This document shows, one piece after another, positions 17,901 through 27,092 of a stretch of 64,000 nucleotides of DNA. A program made the translations under genes and the position numbers. The stretch is from an uncultured beta proteobacterium (GTDB lineage Bacteria > Pseudomonadota > Gammaproteobacteria > Burkholderiales > SG8-39), in assembly GCA_963719995.1 (NCBI GenBank), contig CAVRDW010000003.1, forward strand, positions 90,876 to 154,875. The letters run 5' to 3'. The notes under the pieces were generated by a model. The model searched no databases. It worked only from the letters and a program-made list of their open reading frames with translations, and had not been told where the DNA came from. Within the stretch, counting starts at the first letter, position 1; the number at the start of each line of letters is the position of its first letter.

Positions 17901-17914
17901 TTGAGGCGGATCAA
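17901..17914. promoter_or_regulatory. FNR-like box TTGAG-GCGG-ATCAA upstream of the oxidoreductase operon
   Basis: One mismatch to consensus. Centre lies ~41 bp upstream of a plausible minus-strand +1 (~17867, -10 CATGCT), matching class II geometry. Confidence 0.55.
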
Positions 17915-17971
17915 GAAAAGCGGCCGCGGCGCCGCGATTCGACTCCGGAAGAGGGGCCTCCGCCCGCGCTC

Positions 17972-18829
17972 CTAGTCGCCGTACCGCCTGGCCCGCTCGG
18001 CGTACTCCTTGTACCCCATCAGCTCCTCGAACTCGCGCACCCGCTCGCGGTAGCCGGGCACGGCATTGGCATCCTGGGTGCGCTTGAAGGTCTGGAGGGC
18101 GCGGCCGAGCGCGTCGAACTGCACGAGCGCCGAAAAGCCGTAGTACAGGACGATCGAAGCGCCTGCGCGCTCCTCGTCCGCCAACGTGCCGCCGGGGAGG
18201 TCCACGATCATGAGGGGCTTTTGCACGCGGCGCTTGATCTCGGTGAGCTGCGCGGGGGTCGCATTGGTGGGGAAGACGAGGTCGGCGCCCGCCTTGGCGT
18301 AGGCCTCGAGACGCCGCAGCGCCTCGCCGAGCTCCCCGCCGATCCACAGGGCGTCGGTGCGTGCCGCGATGAGGAAATCCGGCGCCGTGCGCGCATCGAC
18401 CGCCGCACGGATGCGTGCCGCCGCCTCTTCGATCGGGCGCAGGCGCTGCGGCAGGTCGGTGTGCTTGCCCGTGCCCGTGTGATCCTCGATGTGGATCGCG
18501 CAGACGCCCGCCTGCTCGAAGGCCTCCACCGTGCGCCACATGTTGCCGGGATCGTTGAAGCCGCCCTCGGCATCCGCGATCAAAGGCAGCTTCACCGCGT
18601 TGGCGATCGAGCGCGCCTGGCCGGCGAGATCCTCGAGCGTGAGAAGCCCCGTGTCCGGCAGCCCGTAGCGGCTCGCCGCGGTGGCGTAGCTGCCGATGTA
18701 GACCGCGTCGAACCCGTGCTTTTCGATCAGGCGCGCCGAGAGCGCGTCGGTCGCGCCCGGCACCGCGATGGTGCGGCCGGAGGCGATGAGCTCGCGCAGC
18801 CTGGCGCGCCGCTCGCGGATGTCGCTCAT
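17972..18829 (-). CDS. Isocitrate lyase/PEP mutase superfamily protein
   Basis: DALSARL, GLPDTG, LIADAEGGF, IHIED, ARTDA and AGAD motifs. Confidence 0.88.
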   Translation of the reverse strand: MSDIRERRARLRELIASGRTIAVPGATDALSARLIEKHGFDAVYIGSYATAASRYGLPDTGLLTLEDLAGQARSIANAVKLPLIADAEGGFNDPGNMWRTVEAFEQAGVCAIHIEDHTGTGKHTDLPQRLRPIEEAAARIRAAVDARTAPDFLIAARTDALWIGGELGEALRRLEAYAKAGADLVFPTNATPAQLTEIKRRVQKPLMIVDLPGGTLADEERAGASIVLYYGFSALVQFDALGRALQTFKRTQDANAVPGYRERVREFEELMGYKEYAERARRYGD

Positions 18830-18851
18830 GGCCTACTATAGCCTCGAACGT

Positions 18852-19604
18852 TCACCGGCGATGCAGCCGCCAGTCGAACGCGAGGGTGCGCAGCTTCAGG
18901 TGGCCAAGGTGGCGCTCGGCGCGCTCGACGGAGGCGTCGTCCAGCCGCCGCAGGACGAAATCCAGCACGCCGCCCTTGCCGCCGAAGTCCGCCGCGTACC
19001 ACTGCAGCAGCTTGGGCACCGCGATCACGCGGCCGTCGCCCTCCACCTGCGCGGTGCGCCGGATGTACTGCGTGGCGGCTTCCTCGAGCTGCGCGTCGAG
19101 CCTGCCGCTCTCGAAGACGCGAAACGCGGGCGAGGAGCGCGCGCCGCGAAACAGCGCGAAATGCAAGCGCTCGTCGAGGGCGATGGGCACATGGGCGAGG
19201 CGCGGATCGTCGCGCCGCATGGGCGCGCGCGGGCTGCCGGGCGCCAGCGCGTTGCCGCGCAGCACGCCGTGGTAGAGGTCGTCGAGCGAGTACGCCTGCC
19301 CGTGGATCGTGAGCCGCGGGCGCCCGAAATACGCCCCCACCTCCGGCTTGGCGTCCTCGAGAGTCAGCTCCAGCTCCGGCGCGTCGCGCAGCACGGCGGC
19401 GTTGAAGACGTTGATCCAGAAGGCGGTCTGTCCGGCGATGCGCACGCTCGCGGGATCGAACCCCTCGAGCGCGGCCAGGCACACGGCGAGGTGGCCGCGC
19501 TCGCGCGAGGCGCGGAGCGCCGCCCAATCGCACGCGCACCCCTCGGCGTCGAAGTACTTCGCCATCGCCGCGAGCGCCTGCGGAAGCTCCCGGTCGGGGT
19601 CCAT
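18852..19604 (-). CDS. DUF547-family protein
   Basis: AFWINVFNA, SLDDL.HG.LR, DERLHFAL..G..S.P and KLLQWYAADF. Confidence 0.8.
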   Translation of the reverse strand: MDPDRELPQALAAMAKYFDAEGCACDWAALRASRERGHLAVCLAALEGFDPASVRIAGQTAFWINVFNAAVLRDAPELELTLEDAKPEVGAYFGRPRLTIHGQAYSLDDLYHGVLRGNALAPGSPRAPMRRDDPRLAHVPIALDERLHFALFRGARSSPAFRVFESGRLDAQLEEAATQYIRRTAQVEGDGRVIAVPKLLQWYAADFGGKGGVLDFVLRRLDDASVERAERHLGHLKLRTLAFDWRLHRR

Positions 19605-19646
19605 GGCCGCGCTGCCGCGAATCGCGCCGGTGAGCCGGCGCCCTCC

Positions 19647-20438
19647 CTAGGCCTTCTTCTCGAAGCCGCGCACCAGGCTCGCGCGCGCCGTGCCCGCCTG
19701 CATCAGCAGCGAAAAATCCGAGCCCGAGAGGATGAGCTGCACGCCCATGTTGATGTGGCGCTCGAGGAGCTCCGGCGTGTACATGCCGCCCATGCCCGCG
19801 AATTTCCCATGCTTCTTGCAGGCAGCGATGGTCTTCTTGTAGGCCTCCGCGATGCGCGGGTCGTTGAACTGCCCCGGGATCCCCATCTCGAAGCAGAGGT
19901 CGTTCGTGCCGATCAGAAGCGCGTCGATGCCCGGCGTGGCGGCGATCGCCTCGCAGTTCTCGATCCCCTTGGGCGACTCCAGCATCACCACGACGAGCGT
20001 CTCCTCGTTCACGATGCGCGAGGCCTCGCCCACCGGCATCGAGGCAAAGCCGATCTGCTGCAGCCCGCCGCCCATCGAGCGATGCCCGATCGGCGGGAAG
20101 CGGCAGTGGTCGGCGATGCGCTTGGCCTCGAGCTCCGTATCCACGTGGGGGACGACGATCCCTTGAGCGCCGTTGTCGAGCATGCGCGAGGAAAGCCAGT
20201 GTTCCTTGCCCGCCACGCGCACCACCGGGGTGATGCCCACGGCAAGCGAGGCGGAGGCGATCTGCGCCGCGGTGTCGGTGCCCATCGAGTTGTGCTCGCA
20301 GTCGATGAACAGCCAGTCGAAGCCGGCGGTCTTCGCGATCTGAGCGATGTCCACGGTGCGCGCCTGGCGCAGGCCGAGGCCGATGGCGAGCTTGCCCGCG
20401 CGCAGCTGGCGCAGGGCATGGTTGGGAACGGTGCTCAA
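19647..20438 (-). CDS. HpcH/HpaI family aldolase
   Basis: GFDWLFIDCEH, LDNGAQGIVVPHV, MLES and IGTNDL. TTG start after an AGGAG RBS. Confidence 0.9.
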   Translation of the reverse strand: MSTVPNHALRQLRAGKLAIGLGLRQARTVDIAQIAKTAGFDWLFIDCEHNSMGTDTAAQIASASLAVGITPVVRVAGKEHWLSSRMLDNGAQGIVVPHVDTELEAKRIADHCRFPPIGHRSMGGGLQQIGFASMPVGEASRIVNEETLVVVMLESPKGIENCEAIAATPGIDALLIGTNDLCFEMGIPGQFNDPRIAEAYKKTIAACKKHGKFAGMGGMYTPELLERHINMGVQLILSGSDFSLLMQAGTARASLVRGFEKKA

Positions 20439-20510
20439 GGCGACTCTCCTTGATTCCTGGAGGCGCCTACTATAGCGCCGATGCAGGCGCGCCGCCGCGC
20501 GCGTTCGCGC

Positions 20511-20942
20511 TCACCCCGCGATGTAGTGCTCCAGCTGCTCGATGATGAATTTCTGCTCGGAGATCACGTCCTTCACCAGGTCGCCGATGGAGACCAGGCC
20601 GACGAGCCTGCCCTTGTCGAGCACGGGCAGGTGGCGGAAGCGGTTCTCGGTCATCAGCGCCATGCACTCCTCGCTCGTGCGCTCGGGGCTCACGTACATG
20701 ACCTGCGTGGTCATGATCTCGCGCACCGGCGTGTCCTTCGCCGGCTTCGCCATGAGAAAGACCTTGCGCGCCAGGTCGCGCTCGGTCACGACGCCGACGA
20801 CGTTCGCGCCATCGAGCACCAGCAGCCCGCCGACGTTCTTCTCGGCCATCAGCTTGACCGCCTCGAGCACCGACGCCGCGGGGGCGATCGCGTGGACGGT
20901 CTTGTCGGGTTTCGACTTGAGGATCTGCGTCACGGTTGTCAT
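20511..20942 (-). CDS. Tandem CBS-domain protein
   Basis: GVVTERD, RHLPV and GLVSIGDLVK. Confidence 0.92.
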   Translation of the reverse strand: MTTVTQILKSKPDKTVHAIAPAASVLEAVKLMAEKNVGGLLVLDGANVVGVVTERDLARKVFLMAKPAKDTPVREIMTTQVMYVSPERTSEECMALMTENRFRHLPVLDKGRLVGLVSIGDLVKDVISEQKFIIEQLEHYIAG

Positions 20943-21049
20943 GAGGGCGCCTCCTTCGGAGACCAGACACTACGCCCTCGCCCGGCGCGGCTCAAGGGCA
21001 CCCCGCGGCGCGGGCACGCCGTCCCCCGCATCGGGTATCGTTGCCACCC

Positions 21050-21607
21050 ATGAAATGGAAGATGGCCGAGAATTCGCTTTTCGCGGTGCTGCTGCGCTCG
21101 CCGTGGTGGGTGAGTTTCCTGGTGGCGGCGGCAGTGTTCGGCGCCATGCGCTACTTCCTCCCCGCCATGTACGCCGTCGCCGGCGCGCTGCCCTTCGCCG
21201 TGATCGGCTTCGTGGCCGGCTGGAAGCAGTTCCGCGCGCCGAGCGCGAAGAAGATCGCCGCCTCGCTCGACGCGCTGCGGCAGATGAGCTGGGAGGAGTT
21301 CGCCCGCGCGCTCGAAGCGGGCTTCCGGCGCGAGGGCTACCAGGTCAAGCGCATCGAGGGCGCAGCGGATCTCGCGCTGGAGAGGGCCGCGCGCGTGACG
21401 CTGGTGGCGGCCAAGCGCTGGAAGGCGTCGCGGACGGGGGTGGAGCCGCTGAAGGAGCTCGCGGCACTGGGACAGAAGCGAGGGGCGGCGGAGTGCTGGT
21501 ACCTGTGCGCGGGGGAGATGACGGAGAACGCGCGGCAGTTCGCGAGGGACAAGGCGGTGAAGGTGATCGAGGGCGCGGAGCTGGCGCGCCTCGCATCGCA
21601 GAATTGA
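21050..21607 (+). CDS. Membrane-anchored Mrr-like (restriction endonuclease fold) protein
   Basis: Two N-terminal TM segments, MSWEEF...GY.V and ADL.L...V.AKRWK. Confidence 0.75.
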   Translation: MKWKMAENSLFAVLLRSPWWVSFLVAAAVFGAMRYFLPAMYAVAGALPFAVIGFVAGWKQFRAPSAKKIAASLDALRQMSWEEFARALEAGFRREGYQVKRIEGAADLALERAARVTLVAAKRWKASRTGVEPLKELAALGQKRGAAECWYLCAGEMTENARQFARDKAVKVIEGAELARLASQN

Positions 21608-21657
21608 TCGGGCCCAGGCGGCGGTGCGCGACATGCGCGGCTAGAATATCCGCACCG

Positions 21658-22437
21658 ATGCCGCGATTCCCCCGCCTCTGGGCCGCGCTGAAATTCATCG
21701 CGCCGCTCGCGCTGCTGCTGATCCTCTGGGAAGTCCTGGTCCGCGCATTCGGCGTCGGCCCGCGCGTGTTCCCGGACGTCGAGTCGGTCGCGCGCGCAGG
21801 ACTCGAATCCATCCAGGACGGCTCCCTGCTCAGCCACGCCGGCGCCAGCCTCGGCCGGGTCGCGGTCGGCACGCTGCTCGCGATCGTGATCAGCATCCCG
21901 CTCGGCGTCGCGATGGGCGTCAGCCCGGCCGTATCGAGCTTTCTCACCCCGCTGTTCCGCTTCTTCTCCGTTCTCGCCGGCATCGCGTGGATCCCGATCG
22001 CGACGCTGTGGTTCGGCTACGGCTTCGGCGCGATCACCTTCGTGATCTTCAACGCGGTGTTCTTCGTGGTCACCTACAACACGCTGCTCGGGGTCGCCAG
22101 CATTCCCCTGCCCCTGCGGCACGCGGCGGCCTCCCTCGGCGCGAGCAAATGGACGATGCTGACCGAAGTGCTGCTGCCGGGCGCATTGCCGAACATCGTC
22201 ACCGGCATCCGCACCGGCCTGGGCTTCGCCTGGCGCGGCCTGATCGCCGCGGAGATGATCGCGACCAACGTGGGCCTGGGCTACATGCTGTTCCTCGCGC
22301 GCGACTTCTACCGCACCGAGGTGATCGTGTTCGGCATGGTGGTGATCGGCATCCTGTGGCTGCTGCTCGACCGGCTGCTGCTCGCGCCGCTCGAGCGCGC
22401 GACGATCGAGCGCTGGGGCATGGTGCGCCGCGCATGA
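21658..22437 (+). CDS. NitT/TauT-type ABC transporter permease
   Basis: Six TM segments and the EAA-like AAASLGAS...LPGALP motif. Confidence 0.9.
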   Translation: MPRFPRLWAALKFIAPLALLLILWEVLVRAFGVGPRVFPDVESVARAGLESIQDGSLLSHAGASLGRVAVGTLLAIVISIPLGVAMGVSPAVSSFLTPLFRFFSVLAGIAWIPIATLWFGYGFGAITFVIFNAVFFVVTYNTLLGVASIPLPLRHAAASLGASKWTMLTEVLLPGALPNIVTGIRTGLGFAWRGLIAAEMIATNVGLGYMLFLARDFYRTEVIVFGMVVIGILWLLLDRLLLAPLERATIERWGMVRRA

Positions 22438-23240
22438 CGCTGCTGCTCAAGCTCTGGAGCCTGTATGCGAGGGTGTCCGCGCGCTTTCCCGCCATCCGCT
22501 CGATCGTGCCGTTCATCCCGGTGGTCGCGCTCTGGGCGGTGGTCGCGGAGTCGGGCATGTTCCCGCGCGCGTTCTTCCCCGGGCCGATGGACGTCGTGCA
22601 CTCGTTCGGCACGCTCGTCTACAAGGGAATCCTGCCGGACTATCTGGAGGACAGCATCGTGCGGCTGGCGGTCGGCACCGCGGCGGGGGTGGCGCTCGGC
22701 ATCCCGCTCGGCGTGCTGGTGGGCCTGAACCAGCGCGCGCACGCGCTGCTGTGGCCGGTCCTGCTCTTCTTCCAGGCGATCGGCGACATCGCCTGGCTGC
22801 CGATCCTGCTGATCTGGTTCGGCTTCAGCCTGACCACCATGACGTTCGTGATCGTCTACACGGTGCTGTTCCCGGTGGTGCTCAATACCGCGCTCGGCGT
22901 GCGCTCGGTGCCGCTCGAGCTGCACCGGGCGGCGGCCAGCCTCGGCGCGTCGCGCGCGCGCACCGTCTGGGAGGTGGTGCTGCCGGGCGCGCTGCCCAAC
23001 ATCATGACCGGCCTGCGCAACGGCCTCGGCTACGGCTGGCGGGCGCTGATCGCTGCGGAGATCATCGTGGGCACCAGCGGCATCGGCTTCCTGATGTTCG
23101 ATGCGCGGCGCGCGGGATCGGTGGTCGAGATCCTGCTCGGCATGATCGTGCTCGGGCTGCTCTGGTACATGGTGGACGCCTGGGTGCTCGCGCCGATCGA
23201 GCGCGCGACCGGCCAGCGCTGGGGGCTGGTGACGCGATGA
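22434..23240 (+). CDS. NitT/TauT-type ABC transporter permease 2
   Basis: ATGA overlap with the previous gene; AAASLGAS...LPGALP...WRALIAAE. Confidence 0.9.
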   Translation: MTLLLKLWSLYARVSARFPAIRSIVPFIPVVALWAVVAESGMFPRAFFPGPMDVVHSFGTLVYKGILPDYLEDSIVRLAVGTAAGVALGIPLGVLVGLNQRAHALLWPVLLFFQAIGDIAWLPILLIWFGFSLTTMTFVIVYTVLFPVVLNTALGVRSVPLELHRAAASLGASRARTVWEVVLPGALPNIMTGLRNGLGYGWRALIAAEIIVGTSGIGFLMFDARRAGSVVEILLGMIVLGLLWYMVDAWVLAPIERATGQRWGLVTR

Positions 23241-23995
23241 AGCGACTGCTGCTGAAGAACCTCTCCAAGACCTACTTCGATCCCTATGCGGGCGCGCACG
23301 TCACGGCCGTGCAGGACGTGTCGCTGGAAGTCGGGCAGGGCGAGTTCGTCTCCATCGTCGGGCCTTCGGGTTGCGGCAAGACGACGATCCTGAACATGAT
23401 CGCGGGCTTCATCCCGGCCTCCGGCGGCGAGATCCTGCTCGATGGGCGCGCCGTGGACGGGCCGGGGCCGGAGCGCGGCGTGGTGTTCCAGTCGTTCGCG
23501 CTGTTTCCGTGGAAGACGGTGCTCGACAACGTCGCCTTCGGACCGAAGATCCGCGGCCTGCCGAAAGCGGAATGCGAGAAGATCGCGCGCGAGTACCTGG
23601 CCCTCGCCGGCCTCGCGCACGCGGCCGAGCGCTACCCGAACGAGCTCTCGGGCGGCATGCAGCAGCGCGTCGGCGTGGTGCGGGCGCTGGCCAACCAGCC
23701 GGACGTGCTGCTGATGGACGAGCCTTTCGCCAGCGTGGACGCGCAGACCCGCATGACGCTGCAGGAGGAACTGACGCGCATCTGGCAGGAGCGGCGCCCG
23801 ACCATCATCTTCATCACCCACGACGTGGGCGAGGCGGTGTTCCTCGCCAACCGCGTGGTGGTGCTGTCCAAGGGGCGCATCCTCAAGGAGATCGCGGTGC
23901 CGCTGCCCCGGCCGCGCTCGTGGGACCGGCTCACCGAGGACGCGGCGTTCAAGGCGCTGTCCGGGCAGGTGCTCCAGCTGGTGCGCTCGGCATGA
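23237..23995 (+). CDS. NitT/TauT-type ABC transporter ATP-binding protein
   Basis: GPSGCGKT Walker A, LSGGMQQR signature and LLMDEPF Walker B. Confidence 0.93.
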   Translation: MKRLLLKNLSKTYFDPYAGAHVTAVQDVSLEVGQGEFVSIVGPSGCGKTTILNMIAGFIPASGGEILLDGRAVDGPGPERGVVFQSFALFPWKTVLDNVAFGPKIRGLPKAECEKIAREYLALAGLAHAAERYPNELSGGMQQRVGVVRALANQPDVLLMDEPFASVDAQTRMTLQEELTRIWQERRPTIIFITHDVGEAVFLANRVVVLSKGRILKEIAVPLPRPRSWDRLTEDAAFKALSGQVLQLVRSA

Positions 23996-24325
23996 GCATC
24001 CTGCCGGGCTCCGTGCGGGGCCGCATCGCGCTCGGCGCGCTCGTCGCCTATCTCGCCTGGCAGGGATGGCTCAGCGTGGCCGCGCCGGGCAAGGTTGCGC
24101 CCGGCTTCGACACGGGGCGCGGAGAAGGCGAACATCCTCGTCACGCTGCCGTTCCCGCCCGAGCGCTTCCACCTCCTGGTGTTCCAGCGCCATGGTAGAG
24201 TTTCCGGGACCCAGGACAACGCCGTAGAAGTGCGGGGAGTCAAGATTGCGGACCTGAATTCCGTCGCCCGGCCCTACTGGGTGAGCCGGGTGGAACCGCT
24301 GCCAACTGGAGGAAATCCGAAATGA
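23992..24325 (+). CDS. Small membrane-anchored hypothetical protein within the ABC operon (frameshift ~24120)
   Basis: MSILPGSVRGRIALGALVAYLAW joins to AEKANILVTLPFPPERFH...PTGGNPK. ATGA overlaps on both sides. Confidence 0.6.
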
Positions 24326-25378
24326 TCAAGTCATTGCTGCTGCTGTGCGCGTTGGTCTGCGCGCCGGGGTTGGTCTCGGCGCAGGCGATGGTGAAGCTCA
24401 AGGCCGGCATGGTGACCGGCATCGACCAGGTCGGGCTGCCGATCGCGCTGGAGCGCGGGTTCTTCGAGAAATGGGGCCTCGATGTCACCATCGCGCGGCC
24501 CTACGCGACCGGCGTCGATGCGCTCAACGCGCTGCAGGCCGGCGAGAGCGAAGTGGTGCAGGTCGGCGTGCCGATGATCGGCGCGGTGCTGCGCGGCATG
24601 GACCTGGTCGCGCTCGGCAACTACAGCGGCAGTGCGACCAAGCTCGGCTCGGACGCGACCATGGCGCTGGTCGCGGGCGCGGGCTCGGGCATCGTCAAGG
24701 GCGACCTGAAAAGCCTCAAGGGCAAGAAGATCGCCGCCTCGTTCGGCACCATCAATCACCTCTACGCGCTGGCCCTGATCGAGAAGGCCGGCCTCACGCC
24801 GGCCGACGTCACGCTGGTGAACACGCCGCCGCCCGACATGACGGTCGCGCTGCTCGCGAAAGGCATCGACGCGTTCTCGGGCTGGGACCCCTGGCCGATC
24901 GTGGCGCTGAAGGACGTGCCCGGCGCGGTCGAGATCATCCGCGGCGGCGACGTGATCTCCTACCTGGGATTCAACGTCGCGCTGCGCCCGTGGGTGGAGA
25001 AGAACGGCGCGACGATCGAGAAGTTCCTCGCAGCCGTGTCCGAGGCCGACCAGTGGATGCGCGCCAACCCCAAGCAGGCCGCGCAGGTGGCGACGCGCTG
25101 GATTCCCGGCTTGAAGGTCGAAGTCGCCGAGGCCGCGATGCAGTTCAACATCCAGCAGAACGACCGGCGCCTGTCGGCGAACAATTACCGCGCGATGTGG
25201 GCCGCCGAGGATCGCCTCTTCCGCCTCGGGTTCCTCAAGTCGACGTTCGACGTCAACAAGCACATCGAGCCCAAGCACATCCTGAACGTGATGAAGAACC
25301 ATCCCGCAGCTGTTCAAGGACCTGCCGCCGATCCCGGCCAGCGCTGCGATCGGGCCGGGATACGTCTTCAAGCCCTGA
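24322..25378 (+). CDS. NitT/TauT ABC substrate-binding protein (frameshift ~25305)
   Basis: Signal peptide, LKGKKIA and IDAFSGWDP. True C-terminus LFKDLPPIPASAAIGPGYVFKP is in another frame. Confidence 0.85.
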
Positions 25379-25404
25379 GATTCTTCACCGGGGGACGGTC
25401 GGCG

Positions 25405-25689
25405 TCAGGCGCTGAACCCGGCGCGCCGCAGGCGCGCGCGCAGCCGGTCGATCTCCTCCAGCATGTCCGCCGCCAGCGCGGCGAGCTCGGGCGCGGCATC
25501 GTAGGTGCGTTCGATGTCGCGCATGCGGCGCACGCGCGCGAGGGTGGCCGTGGTGAAACGCCATTCCGAGGCGCCGACCTCGGTCGCCGGGATCAGGCCT
25601 TCGCGCACGCGGACGACGAGCCATTCGCGCTCCAGCGCGCAGGCCGAGCAGAGTTCTTCCAGGGTGAAGCCGACGTCGTCGTTGCTCAT
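25405..25689 (-). CDS. cbpM: Chaperone modulator CbpM (MerR-like)
   Basis: [10 protein letters not shown]...V.EGLI...RRMRDIER; coupled to cbpA. Confidence 0.85.
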   Translation of the reverse strand: MSNDDVGFTLEELCSACALEREWLVVRVREGLIPATEVGASEWRFTTATLARVRRMRDIERTYDAAPELAALAADMLEEIDRLRARLRRAGFSA

Positions 25690-26627
25690 GACTGGTGCTC
25701 CTTGCGCGGGTCGAACGGCATCTCCCGCGCCATGGTTTCGTAGAGCTCCTTCGCCTTGGGCGTCGTCGCGGGCGGGGCGACGATGCGGATGTCGAGCAGC
25801 AGGTCGCCGGGCGGATCGGCCGGCAAGCCCTTGCCGCGCACGCGCAGTTGCCTGCCGGTCTGCGCGCCGGCGGGAATGCGCACGTCGAGCGCGCCGCCGG
25901 GCACCTCCACGCGCACCACCGCGCCCAGCGCCGCCTCCCAGGGGGCGACGGGCAGGGTGAGCAGCAGGTCGCGGCCGTCGGTGCGCAGGCGCGCATGCGG
26001 CTTGAACTGCACCTCGAGCAGCAGGTCGCCAGGCTTGCCGTCACCGAGTCCCGGCTCGCCCTGGCCGGCGAGGCGGATCACCTGGCCTTCGCGAATGCCT
26101 TTCGGGATGCGCACCTCGAGGGTGTGCTCCTCCAGCGTGACGCGGCCCTGGCCGTCGAGCTTCGGCGCGCGCAGCGTGATCTGGCGCGTCGCGCCGGAAA
26201 ACGCGTCCTCGAGGTCGAGGAGGATGCGGGCATGGTGGTCGTTGCCCTGCGCGTGCGCGCCGCCGCCGCGCCGCGGCCCGCGCCCCATGCGGCCGAAGAT
26301 CTCGGCGAAGAAGTCGCTGAACTCCGCCGCCTCGGCGCCGGAGCGCCCGTGCTCGGAGAATTCGAAGCCGGCGTCCCAGCCGGGCGGCGGGCGGAAATCC
26401 TGGCCCGGTTGATAGTTCTTTCCGAGCTGGTCGTAGGCGGCGCGCTTTTCGGGGTCGGAGAGAACCTCGTAGGCCTCGTTGACCTCCTTCATGCGCTTCT
26501 CGGCGTCCGGCTCCTTGGAGACGTCCGGATGGTATTTGCGCGCGAGCTTGCGGTAGGCCTTCTTGACGTCGTCGGCCGGCGCCTCGCGCGCCACGCCCAG
26601 CGTCTGGTAGTAGTCCCTGAATTCCAA
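25686..26627 (-). CDS. cbpA: Curved DNA-binding DnaJ-class chaperone CbpA
   Basis: EFRDYY J-domain with HPD, no zinc finger, DnaJ C-terminal domain. TTG start after AGGAG. Confidence 0.9.
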   Translation of the reverse strand: MEFRDYYQTLGVAREAPADDVKKAYRKLARKYHPDVSKEPDAEKRMKEVNEAYEVLSDPEKRAAYDQLGKNYQPGQDFRPPPGWDAGFEFSEHGRSGAEAAEFSDFFAEIFGRMGRGPRRGGGAHAQGNDHHARILLDLEDAFSGATRQITLRAPKLDGQGRVTLEEHTLEVRIPKGIREGQVIRLAGQGEPGLGDGKPGDLLLEVQFKPHARLRTDGRDLLLTLPVAPWEAALGAVVRVEVPGGALDVRIPAGAQTGRQLRVRGKGLPADPPGDLLLDIRIVAPPATTPKAKELYETMAREMPFDPRKEHQS

Positions 26628-26769
26628 GCGATCTCCTGTTGCCCGAATTATGCGTCTTGAACCGCTACCATGCCGTCGCATGGGGAGAGCCGGACTCGCG
26701 GCATTCATCGCGATCAACGCCGCGGTATCGGCGCTGGGCGGCTAAACTAGCTTCTTTGAGGAGCCCCTA

Positions 26770-27066
26770 ATGGCCAAGGCCTACATGGTTGTCACCTACC
26801 GTTCGGTCAGCAATCCCGACGCGCTCGCGGCGTACGCGAAGATCGCCGGGCCCGCGATCCAGGCCGCGGGCGGAAAGTTCCTGGTGCGCGGCACCCCCAC
26901 CAAGACCTACGAGGCGGGCATGAACGAGCGCACGGTGGTGGTCGAGTTCCCAAGCGTCGCGGCAGCGAGGGCGGCCTACGAAGGGCCCGCCTACGCAGAA
27001 GCGCTCAAGGCCCTGGGCAAGAACGCCGCGGTGCGCGACATGCGCGTCGTCGAGGGCGTGGCCTGA
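26770..27066 (+). CDS. DUF1330-family protein
   Basis: GGKFLVRG...VVVEFPS...Y..A...R.MRVVEG. Confidence 0.88.
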   Translation: MAKAYMVVTYRSVSNPDALAAYAKIAGPAIQAAGGKFLVRGTPTKTYEAGMNERTVVVEFPSVAAARAAYEGPAYAEALKALGKNAAVRDMRVVEGVA

Positions 27067-27092
27067 TCGGGCACGTGCCCAAGGAGCGACCC

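Noticed and set aside
21050-21607. Mrr-like gene as an active type IV restriction system
   Set aside because: It is membrane-anchored, has AAK instead of the (Q/E)xK catalytic motif, has host-like GC and no defence context.
26704-26717. Third FNR-like palindrome TTCAT-CGCG-ATCAA between cbpA and DUF1330
   Set aside because: One-mismatch match, but spacing to either plausible -10 does not fit class I or II geometry well, so it may be chance.
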